A DNA stretch of 64,000 nt from Pelagomonas calceolata (Eukaryota): the NCBI GenBank assembly GCA_918797485.1, contig CAKKNE010000001.1, forward strand, positions 3,038,001 to 3,102,000, in the 5' to 3' direction. Of the stretch, positions 55,695 to 64,000 are shown one piece after another. Every line of letters starts with the position of its first letter. The stretch's first letter is position 1. The notes under the pieces are model-generated. The model was not told the DNA's origin. It did not search any database and saw nothing but the letters and a program-made list of their open reading frames with translations. The position numbers were made by a program, and so were the translations under genes.

Positions 55695-57236
55695 TTACCT
55701 TCGCACAACAAACTCCGCGCCGAGGTCCAAGAGAGCGACGACGCCGAGGGCCTCGAGGGCCTTCGAGGGCTCCCCCGCCGCCGCGCCGTACGCCGCCCAG
55801 AGCGCGCCGAGGCGCCTAGAAAAACGGCGCCGCCGCCCGGCCCCGAGCCCGATACATACCAGTGCCGCGAGCGGTTCGGGCGACAGAAATCGGCGAGCCG
55901 AGGCCGCGGAAGCCAGGGACGGCAGCGATGATAATGCTGCGGCCCAGAGCGGGCCGCCGTCGGCCGTCGAACAAAACCAGGCGGCGGCGTAGAGGCCCAG
56001 GGCCGGGTGGACACCGCACAGGGCCGCCGCGGCCCACCGCACCGTAGCCACTTTCCGGGCCACGACCTCCGCGCAGGCGCCGTTCGACACCGCCTTCGCG
56101 GCCCGGTTGGCCGCGGGGCCGAGCGCCGCTCCCAATGGAATCGCGACGACGTACGCTAACACCACAAGCAGCAGCGCCAACGCCGCCTTCGAGAGTCCAT
56201 CGGGTTCCACGAGAAACGCCGTCAATGCCGTAAACGTATACACGTCGCCGGGCGCCAGCGCGGCCGCGATTAGTAAGGATGGCACGCGCGGCACTAAAAA
56301 AGAAGCCAGCTGCGACGCGCCCGCCGGGCCGCCCCGGAAGTGGCGCCGCGCGGCACCCAGGGACGCGCCCGCCGTGTCCGAGCCTCGCAGTTCGGTAAGT
56401 TTCTCCCAATTTTCAGAAGGCGCGTGCACGACGTGTGCTACCCTCGTGATGAGTTCGTTGCACCAGCAGGCGCACTGGTGGTCCACTCCCCCAATATGGG
56501 CCGCGCCGGGCAGGCTCGATGCCTCGACGCCGCCGACGAGCCAACTCGGCGCCTGCCAGTCGCGCGGCCCGCCACTTATCTTGGCGAGCGGTGTTTTGTC
56601 GGGAAGCGGGTAGATCCCTGCCAAATGCCGCTCGAAGGCGAAGGGGTGCGCCGCCAACGGCGTCGCGAGCGCGACGACGGCGGAAATCGTTTCTGTTTGA
56701 TCCGCCGCTAATAATCCGACCACCCCACCCATGCTGTGGCCCACCACCACGACTTTCGAACTGTGGCGCTTCGCCAGAATCTTGGTGACCCGCTTCGCGA
56801 AGCGCGCCTGCCTCCTCACAATCCGGCCGTCGAAGGCCGACCACTCTCCTTTAAAATCGCAGGCGTAGACCGCCGCGCCTTTTAGTAGGTCGACCTCGTG
56901 GCCCAAACTTCTAACTTGCCTTGCGTCGCCGGCGTTGCCCGGCAGGAACAATATCGCACCCTCCTTAGCCTCGTAGGGGTCGCGGCCGCGCTCTCGATAC
57001 CTAAGTACGCCGTAGCGCCCGTGGTTGATCTTCGCGTCCTCGTAGTACGGCCACATGCGCGTCATCGTGCAGCCGTTTTGTATGGATGCGGCGCCGATTG
57101 GTATGATTGCTATTAGTGCGGCTAGTACTGCCGTCGCGATCACTAATCGGGCGCGCGACGGTGTGTACGGCGCATCGTGGGGATGAGCTATCTTGTCGAG
57201 TGTTGTATGTTTGGCTGTTCGGCTGCGTGTGCGCAT
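55695..57236 (-). CDS. GPI inositol-deacylase (PGAP1-like)
   Basis: ILFLPGNAG..RQVRS, VGHSMGG, GGPRD and DHQC..WC motifs with C-terminal TM helices. Confidence 0.85.
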   Translation of the reverse strand: MRTRSRTAKHTTLDKIAHPHDAPYTPSRARLVIATAVLAALIAIIPIGAASIQNGCTMTRMWPYYEDAKINHGRYGVLRYRERGRDPYEAKEGAILFLPGNAGDARQVRSLGHEVDLLKGAAVYACDFKGEWSAFDGRIVRRQARFAKRVTKILAKRHSSKVVVVGHSMGGVVGLLAADQTETISAVVALATPLAAHPFAFERHLAGIYPLPDKTPLAKISGGPRDWQAPSWLVGGVEASSLPGAAHIGGVDHQCACWCNELITRVAHVVHAPSENWEKLTELRGSDTAGASLGAARRHFRGGPAGASQLASFLVPRVPSLLIAAALAPGDVYTFTALTAFLVEPDGLSKAALALLLVVLAYVVAIPLGAALGPAANRAAKAVSNGACAEVVARKVATVRWAAAALCGVHPALGLYAAAWFCSTADGGPLWAAALSSLPSLASAASARRFLSPEPLAALVCIGLGAGRRRRFSRRLGALWAAYGAAAGEPSKALEALGVVALLDLGAEFVVRR

Positions 57237-57782
57237 TTTGCTAGCTTGTGCCGCGCGTGGCGCGTTGGTTTTATGGCAGCCAATATGCTTTTTGGGCCTG
57301 CAGCAGCCGCACGTGTGGTGGTTTTCGGCGCCAAGTTCGACGGTTGCAGGAATGCTTCGCGAGAGGCCCTTCAATCGCTTATCGCTGCAACTGGTTGTCC
57401 AACCGCGAGCTTGTATATCGAGGTGTGAAGCTAGCTAGCGGCCTGTAAAGACACTAGCAAGCAAGGAGCCTGTTCAGGCGCGCGACTACGCCGTCTTGGG
57501 GAGAGAACGAGCTCTCTGGCAGCCCTCGAAGGGTCCGAGCTCGAGCCTCACTGCCAGACCGGCGCTGGGCAGCGCCGGCCAAGCAGCGCTACAGACCAAG
57601 GCGCAAACGCTGCCCGCAAAGAGCTGCAGCACACACACGCGCGAAGAGTAAGCCCTAAGCACCAGGGCACGACCGTTGGAGGCGCCCACCCGCCAGGGAC
57701 CGAGGACCAGCACCCAGGCTGCCCTCCCCAGGACCCAGTGCCACCCACGCCGCCGCGGCGCCCCAACACTTGAAGCACCAAG

Positions 57783-58610
57783 ATGGCGCCGAAGAAGGCC
57801 AAAGCGCAGACCACGTCTGTATTGGGCGATGTCGGCGCCAAGCCGAGCGTGGACCACGCGGCGACCGCGCAGAAGCTCCAGACGCTGCTCGACGGCTTCG
57901 AGCCTTTTGATGATGCGATGCGCGAGGAGACGCGGTTGAGGCGAGAAAAGGACGCCCGGAAGATCGCGGCCATGAAGGCCGAGATGAGCCGGTTGGAAGG
58001 GCTCCTGAGGGACCAAGTGGCGATCACGGACTCTCAACAAAGGTCGCTGCAGAAGCATTGCGATGCGGAGTTGGTCAAAGCTTATCAAGCTTTCGCGGAA
58101 TTACTCGAACATCAGGACATCGAAGTGCATAAAAGGCTGGACACGTACGACAAGCGGGCCGATGCGCTGGAGGAGCGGTTCGCGACCGAGAAAGCTAGAA
58201 TACTAGAAGAGATCGAGGCGGAATCTCAACGCTTGTCGAAGTTGTTAGACGAGTTCCAGGAGGCCTTCGAGGAGGAGGTGAGGGTACGGAAGGCTCGCGA
58301 GGAAGTCATATTGAGACAGATGGACCAGCACGAGCGCCACATCACCCAGAACTTTGATGTCGAGTACGAAGCTCGTGTCAAACGCGTCAAGGAGATCCAG
58401 GAGGAACTGGTGGCGTGCATGAAAAGTCGAGTCGCGGCGGACGTCGAGTTGGATCGAGTGTGTCAAGAAGAAGTGGACAAGATCCAGACACTCATTGATG
58501 CCGAAGTCAGTCAAAGGGAGCGGCAGGACGACAACATCATGCGCGCGCTGGACCAGTACACGGACAAGATGCAGGCGTCGCTCGAAATAGTGAACTCGAC
58601 GAACGCGTAA
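57783..58610 (+). CDS. SF-assemblin/beta-giardin family protein
   Basis: 275-aa segmented coiled coil; C-terminus E..QRERQDD.I..AL..YT.K.Q..L.IVN. Confidence 0.75.
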   Translation: MAPKKAKAQTTSVLGDVGAKPSVDHAATAQKLQTLLDGFEPFDDAMREETRLRREKDARKIAAMKAEMSRLEGLLRDQVAITDSQQRSLQKHCDAELVKAYQAFAELLEHQDIEVHKRLDTYDKRADALEERFATEKARILEEIEAESQRLSKLLDEFQEAFEEEVRVRKAREEVILRQMDQHERHITQNFDVEYEARVKRVKEIQEELVACMKSRVAADVELDRVCQEEVDKIQTLIDAEVSQRERQDDNIMRALDQYTDKMQASLEIVNSTNA

Positions 58611-58882
58611 GAAATCCATGTGAGTCTCTCTGAAGCGCGGCGATGGCGTGCTTGCGAGATACGCGCGCGTAGCGTGCTAGCGTGCGGGTTGCAATCAAAT
58701 GGCGCCGCCTGGGGCAGCATAGGGCTCGCTACACCACCCTCAGGTGCAGCCTCGCAGCACCTCGTCACGGCTGCCCCACAGGAGAGCCAGCACACTCATT
58801 TGGAAGTGGAACATAATAGGCGCCACCGACGCCATCGACGCGAACATTAGGCGCCACGGACGCCGTCGACGCAAAATAAGAA

Positions 58883-60232
58883 ATGGCACACTTCCAGGAG
58901 AAGCTTTTTGACGCCTACGACGCGGCCGAGGAGGACTACGAGACCCACCTCGCCACGTATGTCGAAGAGCTGTCCGCCAAGCGTTTTGATACCGCATTGG
59001 AAAGTTGTGACGGGATGCTCGAGGCGTCGCCGAAGGACGCCGAGGCCGCTCTCTGCAGAGCATTGGTCCACGCGTTGCGAGGTGATGACGACGAGGAGGA
59101 CGATGACTACTGCACGCTCTGGCTGAAGCGGTGCGACCGGTGGCGCGTCGACGGCGAGGACTGCATGGGCGTGCCGTGGGGCGAACGAGCACAGAGGGAC
59201 TTCCCGCCGGCCAAGCTTAAACAAAGGCCAGCCTGGCAGAAGGCGATTTTGGACCTCGACAGACCTGCTGCTTGTGATGATGCCCAGGCCGCAAGGCGCT
59301 TCCTGGCAAGATGCGCAAGACGGCGCGACGCGGCGCCGGAGCCTCCACAAATGCCTGTGGTGGAGATCACGGAGTCGACGGCCGCCCAGACCGTCCTGGA
59401 TCACGTCGTCGACCACGGCGAGCTCCCCGAAGAAATGGAAGATGATCGACCGCTCGTGACGGTGAGCCAGGGTTTAGATGAAGAGACCTTCCAGACGTTG
59501 AAAGCGGCGTTGGTGAACCACCCTCGCTTACAAAACGCGGATAGCGAAGCCCTGGGCGCGTCGTTTGCGGGCTCGTCGGGCTTCGTCGTGCGCTTCGACG
59601 GCTGGGGCGGCGTCGACGCGACGGCGAAGAAGCTCTGGGTGCGCTCGGAGACGCGGCCGCTCGTGCCCTTCTTCCGGCGGTGCGCTGATAAAGAGTGCAC
59701 GGGCTTCGTGCTGAACGTGCTCGTCGTCGCGCCGGCCGAGGACGAGGAGGAGGTTGTTGTAGATGAAAACGCGCCCGAGGCCGTCAAGCTTTTATTGAGA
59801 AAGAAGGCGGAGGAATCAATAGATGAGCAGTACGCCGTGGGCTGGCACCGCGACGCGACGCTGGGCCTCAAGCCCGGCGCGGACGCGGCGCCGCCGCTCG
59901 CGCACCGCGTCTCCGTGCTGTACGTGGCGGTGCCGGAGGCGACGGGCGGCGAGCTGTGTCTGCGGAATGCGGATCGGCCGCCCTGGCGGTCCGAGCGCGG
60001 CGTGATCGACCGCGAGGTCGCGCCGAAGCAGAACCGACTCGCGGTATTCAGGGGCGACGCGGAGCACGCCGTACGACGGGTCACGAACGTGACCAAGGCG
60101 GACGCCAGCTTTCCCAAGGGCCACCGCGTGTCCCTCGTGCTCGAGCAGTATCGGGTGCCGCCCGGTCTGCGGGAATTCACGATGCATTTTGAGATCGTCG
60201 AGGGGAAGGACTACGAACGAGTAAGTGACTAA
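58883..60232 (+). CDS. 2OG-Fe(II) oxygenase family protein
   Basis: WHRD, VSVLY, GGEL, P..NRLAVFRGD..HAV and RVSLV motifs. Confidence 0.8.
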   Translation: MAHFQEKLFDAYDAAEEDYETHLATYVEELSAKRFDTALESCDGMLEASPKDAEAALCRALVHALRGDDDEEDDDYCTLWLKRCDRWRVDGEDCMGVPWGERAQRDFPPAKLKQRPAWQKAILDLDRPAACDDAQAARRFLARCARRRDAAPEPPQMPVVEITESTAAQTVLDHVVDHGELPEEMEDDRPLVTVSQGLDEETFQTLKAALVNHPRLQNADSEALGASFAGSSGFVVRFDGWGGVDATAKKLWVRSETRPLVPFFRRCADKECTGFVLNVLVVAPAEDEEEVVVDENAPEAVKLLLRKKAEESIDEQYAVGWHRDATLGLKPGADAAPPLAHRVSVLYVAVPEATGGELCLRNADRPPWRSERGVIDREVAPKQNRLAVFRGDAEHAVRRVTNVTKADASFPKGHRVSLVLEQYRVPPGLREFTMHFEIVEGKDYERVSD

Positions 60233-60449
60233 GTTTACAAATCAGTGATACGCACGCTCATGCTTTGTTGCAAATGATTGAGCGCGAGCGAGCGAGCGAG
60301 AGGGAGAGCTAAACGAGCGGATAGCTAAAGAACAACGGTGTAGTAGAGAACGAGGAGGACTGTGGACGCACACTGACCTCCTCCTCAGGGTCCTGGGGAG
60401 CTAGACCTGCTCGTGCATACATTAATTTTAAGCTCCAGCGCAGCTCCAG

Positions 60450-60498
60450 AAAACAAACAGGACTTCTCGTGTGAGGGTGGTTTCTGGAGAAACCGGGT
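60450..60498 (-). promoter_or_regulatory. Histone-type 3' stem-loop (60479-60494) plus downstream element of H2A
   Basis: Minus strand reads accc GGTTTC TCCA GAAACC accctcacacgagaagtcctgtttgtttt. Confidence 0.8.
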
Positions 60499-60532
60499 AA
60501 AGTGAGTGGTGCGCGAACGACCGAGAAGAGAT

Positions 60533-60919
60533 CTACTTCTTCGACTGCGACTTCTTGGGGAGAAGGTTCGCGTGGATGTTCGGCAGGACGCCGCCGCCGG
60601 CGATGGCGACGGAGCCCAGGAGCTTGTTCAGCTCCTCGTCGTTGCGGACGGCGAGCTGGATGTGGCGCGGGATGATGCGCGTCTTCTTGTTGTCGCGCGC
60701 GGCGTTGCCGGCGAGCTCGAGGACCTCGGCGCAGAGGTACTCGAGGACGGCGCCCATGTAGACGCCCGAGGACATGGAGGTGCGCGGCGCGCGGCCGCGC
60801 AAGTAGCGCGTGAGGCGCGCGCACGGGAACTGGAGGCCCGCCTTGGCCGCCGTCGACGTGCCGCCGCCGGAGCCCTTGGCCTTGCCCTTGCCGCGGCCGC
60901 CTTTTCCTTTGCCAGACAT
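60533..60919 (-). CDS. H2A: Histone H2A (divergent variant)
   Basis: [50 protein letters not shown] and [13 protein letters not shown]. Confidence 0.95.
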   Translation of the reverse strand: MSGKGKGGRGKGKAKGSGGGTSTAAKAGLQFPCARLTRYLRGRAPRTSMSSGVYMGAVLEYLCAEVLELAGNAARDNKKTRIIPRHIQLAVRNDEELNKLLGSVAIAGGGVLPNIHANLLPKKSQSKK

Positions 60920-60984
60920 GATTTGAGTGAAGTGTGTAGACTGCGAGGGGCGGCGGCGTGAGCGCGAAGGTCGAGCGAGCGACA

Positions 60985-61221
60985 GACACGGGCATCTCGT
61001 CCAAGGGCATGGTCGTCATGTGCAACTTCATCCAGGACCTCTTCGAGCGCATCGGCAACGAGGCCGCGAACGTCTGCCGCTTCTCCAAGAAGCAGACGCT
61101 CAGCTCGCGCGAGGTCCAGACGGCCGTCCGCCTCATCCTCCCCGGCGAGCTCGCCAAGCACGCCGTCTCCGAGGGCACCAAGGCCGTGACCAAGTTCGAG
61201 GCCGCCACGAACAAGAAGTAA
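60985..61221 (+). pseudogene. H2B: Histone H2B lacking its N-terminal tail and helix alpha1 (5'-truncated)
   Basis: [46 protein letters not shown]. Homology starts abruptly at DTG with no upstream in-frame ATG. Confidence 0.75.
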
Positions 61222-61270
61222 ACGTCCGCCGCACCCCGCGGCGCTGGCGCTTCTGGCTCACCCATTTCAC

Positions 61271-61319
61271 ACCCGGTTTTTTCAAAAACCACCCTCACGC
61301 GAGAAGTCCCGTTTTTGTT
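61271..61319 (+). promoter_or_regulatory. Histone-type 3' stem-loop (61275-61290) plus downstream element of H2B
   Basis: accc GGTTTT TTCA AAAACC accctcacgcgagaagtcccgtttttgtt. Confidence 0.8.
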
Positions 61320-61403
61320 CTGAGGCTCTGTTTCCAAATCTGGTTCCTTTCGCAGCGATGACGTCTAGACTAGATTAAGAGGTTACAAGTGACTGAAGCC
61401 TCC

Positions 61404-63608
61404 TTAGGACGACTCGGGCACCGGCTTGCCGACGCAGCCCTTGCACTTCCTCTTCGCGGCCTTCGCCTTGAGTTGTTTCGCGGAGAAGGCCGACGGCGGG
61501 AGGTGCGCCCTGCAGACGCTGCAGATGCGCGCGTCGCTGCCGGCCCCGGGCGGCGGCGGCGCCGTGAACGCTATGGCCGCCTTTGCGGCTTTGACCTTGC
61601 GTTCGATCTCGGCGCGCTTGGCGGCGGCGGCCTCGCGTTGTTTCGTTTTTTCCTCCTCCTCCTCGCGCCAGGCGTTGGCACGCTCGTTCGCCTTGCGCTC
61701 GCGCTCGCGTTCTGCCTCAGCCTCGGCCGCCGCCGCCCGTCGTTTGTCCGCCGCGGCCTTGGCCGTCGCCGCTTCCTGCTCCTTCTGGGCGGATTTCGCC
61801 TTGGCTTGTTGTGCCTTTTTGGCGTCCGAAGCCTTCTTGTCCGATATAGCTTTCTGAGCCTCCTCAGACTTCTTTTTCGCCTCGGCGATCTTGGCGTCCG
61901 CCTCGGCTCTCGCGAGTGCGGCCTTGGCTCTAGCCTCCTGAACGCGCTTGTTCTCCGCGACCTTGGCTGCTCGTGCTTTCCGTGCTTCCTCGGCGATACC
62001 TGCCGCCTTGGCTTCTGCAGCCTTCTTTTCATCGGCTTCGCGTTTGGCCCGGGCCTCGGCGTCTCGCTTCGCCTTGGCAGCCTTCGCCTGGGCCCGTTGC
62101 TCATCTGCCGCGCGTTTTCGTTCTGCTGCGGCCTTCTCCTCGGCCTTGGCTAGCTCTTCCATCTCGCGCTTCGCTTTCGCGGCCTTCTCGTCGGCGCGTT
62201 TCTTCTCGAGCCAGGTCAAGTCCGCTCGTTCCTTCTCTTTCTTAGCTTGAGCGGCTTTCGCAGCCTTCGCGCGCGCCTCGGCGAGCTTTTTCATCTCCGC
62301 GACCTTGGCCTTAGTAGCCTTAGCAGTCTCCTCCTCGGCCTTGCGTCGCGCGGCTTCATTCTGGGCCTTCTCGGCGCGGCGCGCTTCCTCCTCCTTGCGC
62401 GCGGCGGCCCTCGCCTTCCTCAGTTCCTCCTGCTTTCGAATTTCAAGTGCCTTGGCCTCCGCCTGCTTCGCAATTCTTTCGGCCTCGGCGGCGGCCTTCG
62501 TGGCCTTCGTGGCGGTACTCTCGGCCGTCGCCGCGGATGCCTTCGCCTTGGCGCGGTTCTTGCGCAGCGACGACTGCCGCAGCGCCTCGCGAGCTTCTAG
62601 AGCTTCCTGGGCCTCCGCGTCGTTGAGACGTTTCTGTTCCGCGATTCGCTCCAGTTCTGCATCATGAATCTTCTTCTGGCGGCGCGCCTCCGCTTCGTGG
62701 ACCGCAACCCTCGCACGCTCGGCCTCCTCTCTTTTAGCGTCGGCGCGCCGCCGCTCCTCCGCCCGTCGCAGCGCCCGCTCCTGGCTCTCCTTGATCCGAT
62801 CTTCTAGGCGCGGTTTACGCTGTACTTCCAAATTCGCCGGCTTCAGCGACAGCAGCTTCCCATTATCTAACTTGACCCCGATGCGCTCGCCGTCGCGCTT
62901 CGGGATCACGACGCCCTCGCAGCCGTTGTGCTGCGCCGCCTTCTCCAACCCGACGATGCGCACGCGGTGGCCCGCGCGCACGGGCGACTCGTCGGACGCG
63001 TCGCTCACCGGCGACCGCGGCGAGGGCGGCCCGCGGCCCTCGTCCCAGGCCTTGGCCAGGGCCTTGACGGGCGTGGACGGCGACGCGATCGGTTCTGGGG
63101 GAGACGCCTTCGTGGTCGCGGGCGGCGGCGGCGGCGACGAGAAAGTTGTCGGAGGCGGCGGCGGCACCTCCGGCTCCGGTTCTGGGGGAGGCGGCGCCCG
63201 GGCCATTTCGCCGGACGACATGGTCACGACTCTATGACCCTGCGGCGTCGCCGTCTTGGTGGAGTTCGCGCGGCTCACTTGCGGGACCGGCTTGTGTCGC
63301 GCCGGCGCCGGCAGCCGCGCGCTCAGCGCGTCGAGCTCCGTGGTCAGCTTGGCGACGCGGACGGGCGTGGCCGCCTTCGGGGCCGTTCGGGCCTTCGGCG
63401 GCAGGGCGTCCCAGGACCGGCGCCGCGTCACCGGCGCTTGTGTTGGCGAGCCGTTCCCCACGAGCCAGCTCGTCGGCTTCGGCTGGCCCCTGACAAAGGT
63501 CGTGCACGGCTTCTCCGCGGCTTCGGGAACCACTTCCTCGAAGTGCCCCTTTATAAATTCGTCGTCGGTCTCCGCAAAATCATCATCCTTCGACGAGCTG
63601 CAGCCCAT
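61404..63608 (-). CDS. Putatively N-acylated protein with a Pro-rich region, SH3-like module, Ala/Lys/Glu helical region and C-terminal Stc1-like Cys4 motif
   Basis: MGCSSSK start; VRIVGL..HNG..G.V..LKPANL; CSVC..FSAKQL..CKGC. Confidence 0.75.
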   Translation of the reverse strand: MGCSSSKDDDFAETDDEFIKGHFEEVVPEAAEKPCTTFVRGQPKPTSWLVGNGSPTQAPVTRRRSWDALPPKARTAPKAATPVRVAKLTTELDALSARLPAPARHKPVPQVSRANSTKTATPQGHRVVTMSSGEMARAPPPPEPEPEVPPPPPTTFSSPPPPPATTKASPPEPIASPSTPVKALAKAWDEGRGPPSPRSPVSDASDESPVRAGHRVRIVGLEKAAQHNGCEGVVIPKRDGERIGVKLDNGKLLSLKPANLEVQRKPRLEDRIKESQERALRRAEERRRADAKREEAERARVAVHEAEARRQKKIHDAELERIAEQKRLNDAEAQEALEAREALRQSSLRKNRAKAKASAATAESTATKATKAAAEAERIAKQAEAKALEIRKQEELRKARAAARKEEEARRAEKAQNEAARRKAEEETAKATKAKVAEMKKLAEARAKAAKAAQAKKEKERADLTWLEKKRADEKAAKAKREMEELAKAEEKAAAERKRAADEQRAQAKAAKAKRDAEARAKREADEKKAAEAKAAGIAEEARKARAAKVAENKRVQEARAKAALARAEADAKIAEAKKKSEEAQKAISDKKASDAKKAQQAKAKSAQKEQEAATAKAAADKRRAAAAEAEAERERERKANERANAWREEEEEKTKQREAAAAKRAEIERKVKAAKAAIAFTAPPPPGAGSDARICSVCRAHLPPSAFSAKQLKAKAAKRKCKGCVGKPVPESS

Positions 63609-64000
63609 CGCTGCCGGTGCTGCTTTGCGGGGCTGCCCCCTCTATGTGAGCTGTAGATGTATGTGGCGGCGGCGCGCGCGGTGCTCTTTCCGGCGCACCG
63701 TTGCAATTGCAAGCGCGCGCAGTCCTTCGTGTTGCGTGGGCGTCGCCGCGGGCTGCGTCGACGGCCACGCTTGTTTTCGGCCCGCCTTGCAAACAGATCG
63801 AATGCGAGAACGGCGGCGGGTTTTGTTGGTGAGGAGCGCGTCGAGGGGTCGGTGCGAGCGGTGCGGGGGCGCCGGCAGGAGGTCTGCATTTCGCCGCGCT
63901 AGAGCCGGTGTACGCTAGGGCATTAACTCCTCCCATCGCAGCCACCCGCGGGAGCAGCGGGTATAGCTGCATCTCGAATTGATAACGTTGCCGCATCGCT

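Noticed and set aside
60475..60484. gggtggtttc shared between the histone 3' element (reverse strand) and family A introns
   Set aside because: The match is only 10 nt and the intron copy cannot form the hairpin, so it is probably chance.
61560..62800. TolA-like bacterial gene
   Set aside because: The resemblance is only Ala/Lys/Glu composition within a eukaryotic-type protein with an MGC N-terminus.

Overview
GC-rich, gene-dense eukaryotic nuclear DNA. It is most likely a pelagophyte alga (Pelagomonas/Aureococcus-like). This is an inference from bipartite plastid-targeting presequences, a PsaR-like gene, flagellar genes, the MYND-RING-TPR family and repeated introns. The window holds about 28 protein-coding genes, mostly intronless. 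They include a 5'-truncated axonemal dynein heavy chain split by 9 introns, alpha-tubulin, an OSCA/TMEM63 channel, a UvrD-like helicase, PGAP1, SF-assemblin and a divergent H2A/H2B pair. Main observations: (1) The 12 introns I could delimit by reading-frame restoration mostly fall into 2-3 sequence-related, introner-like families; 4 have GC donors and all 12 are followed by an exon starting G-pyrimidine. (2) A roughly 50-nt element follows both histone genes, with a covarying 6-bp/4-nt histone-type stem-loop and a conserved purine-rich downstream box. (3) A paired-CTAG motif of about 24 nt recurs in many upstream intergenic regions. (4) There are unusual domain fusions: a Mom/Hef-like GNAT plus SAM-methyltransferase with a signal peptide, an RPA32-C winged helix plus MDM2-type RING, and UvrD plus RING. 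All calls were made by eye, with no database searches.
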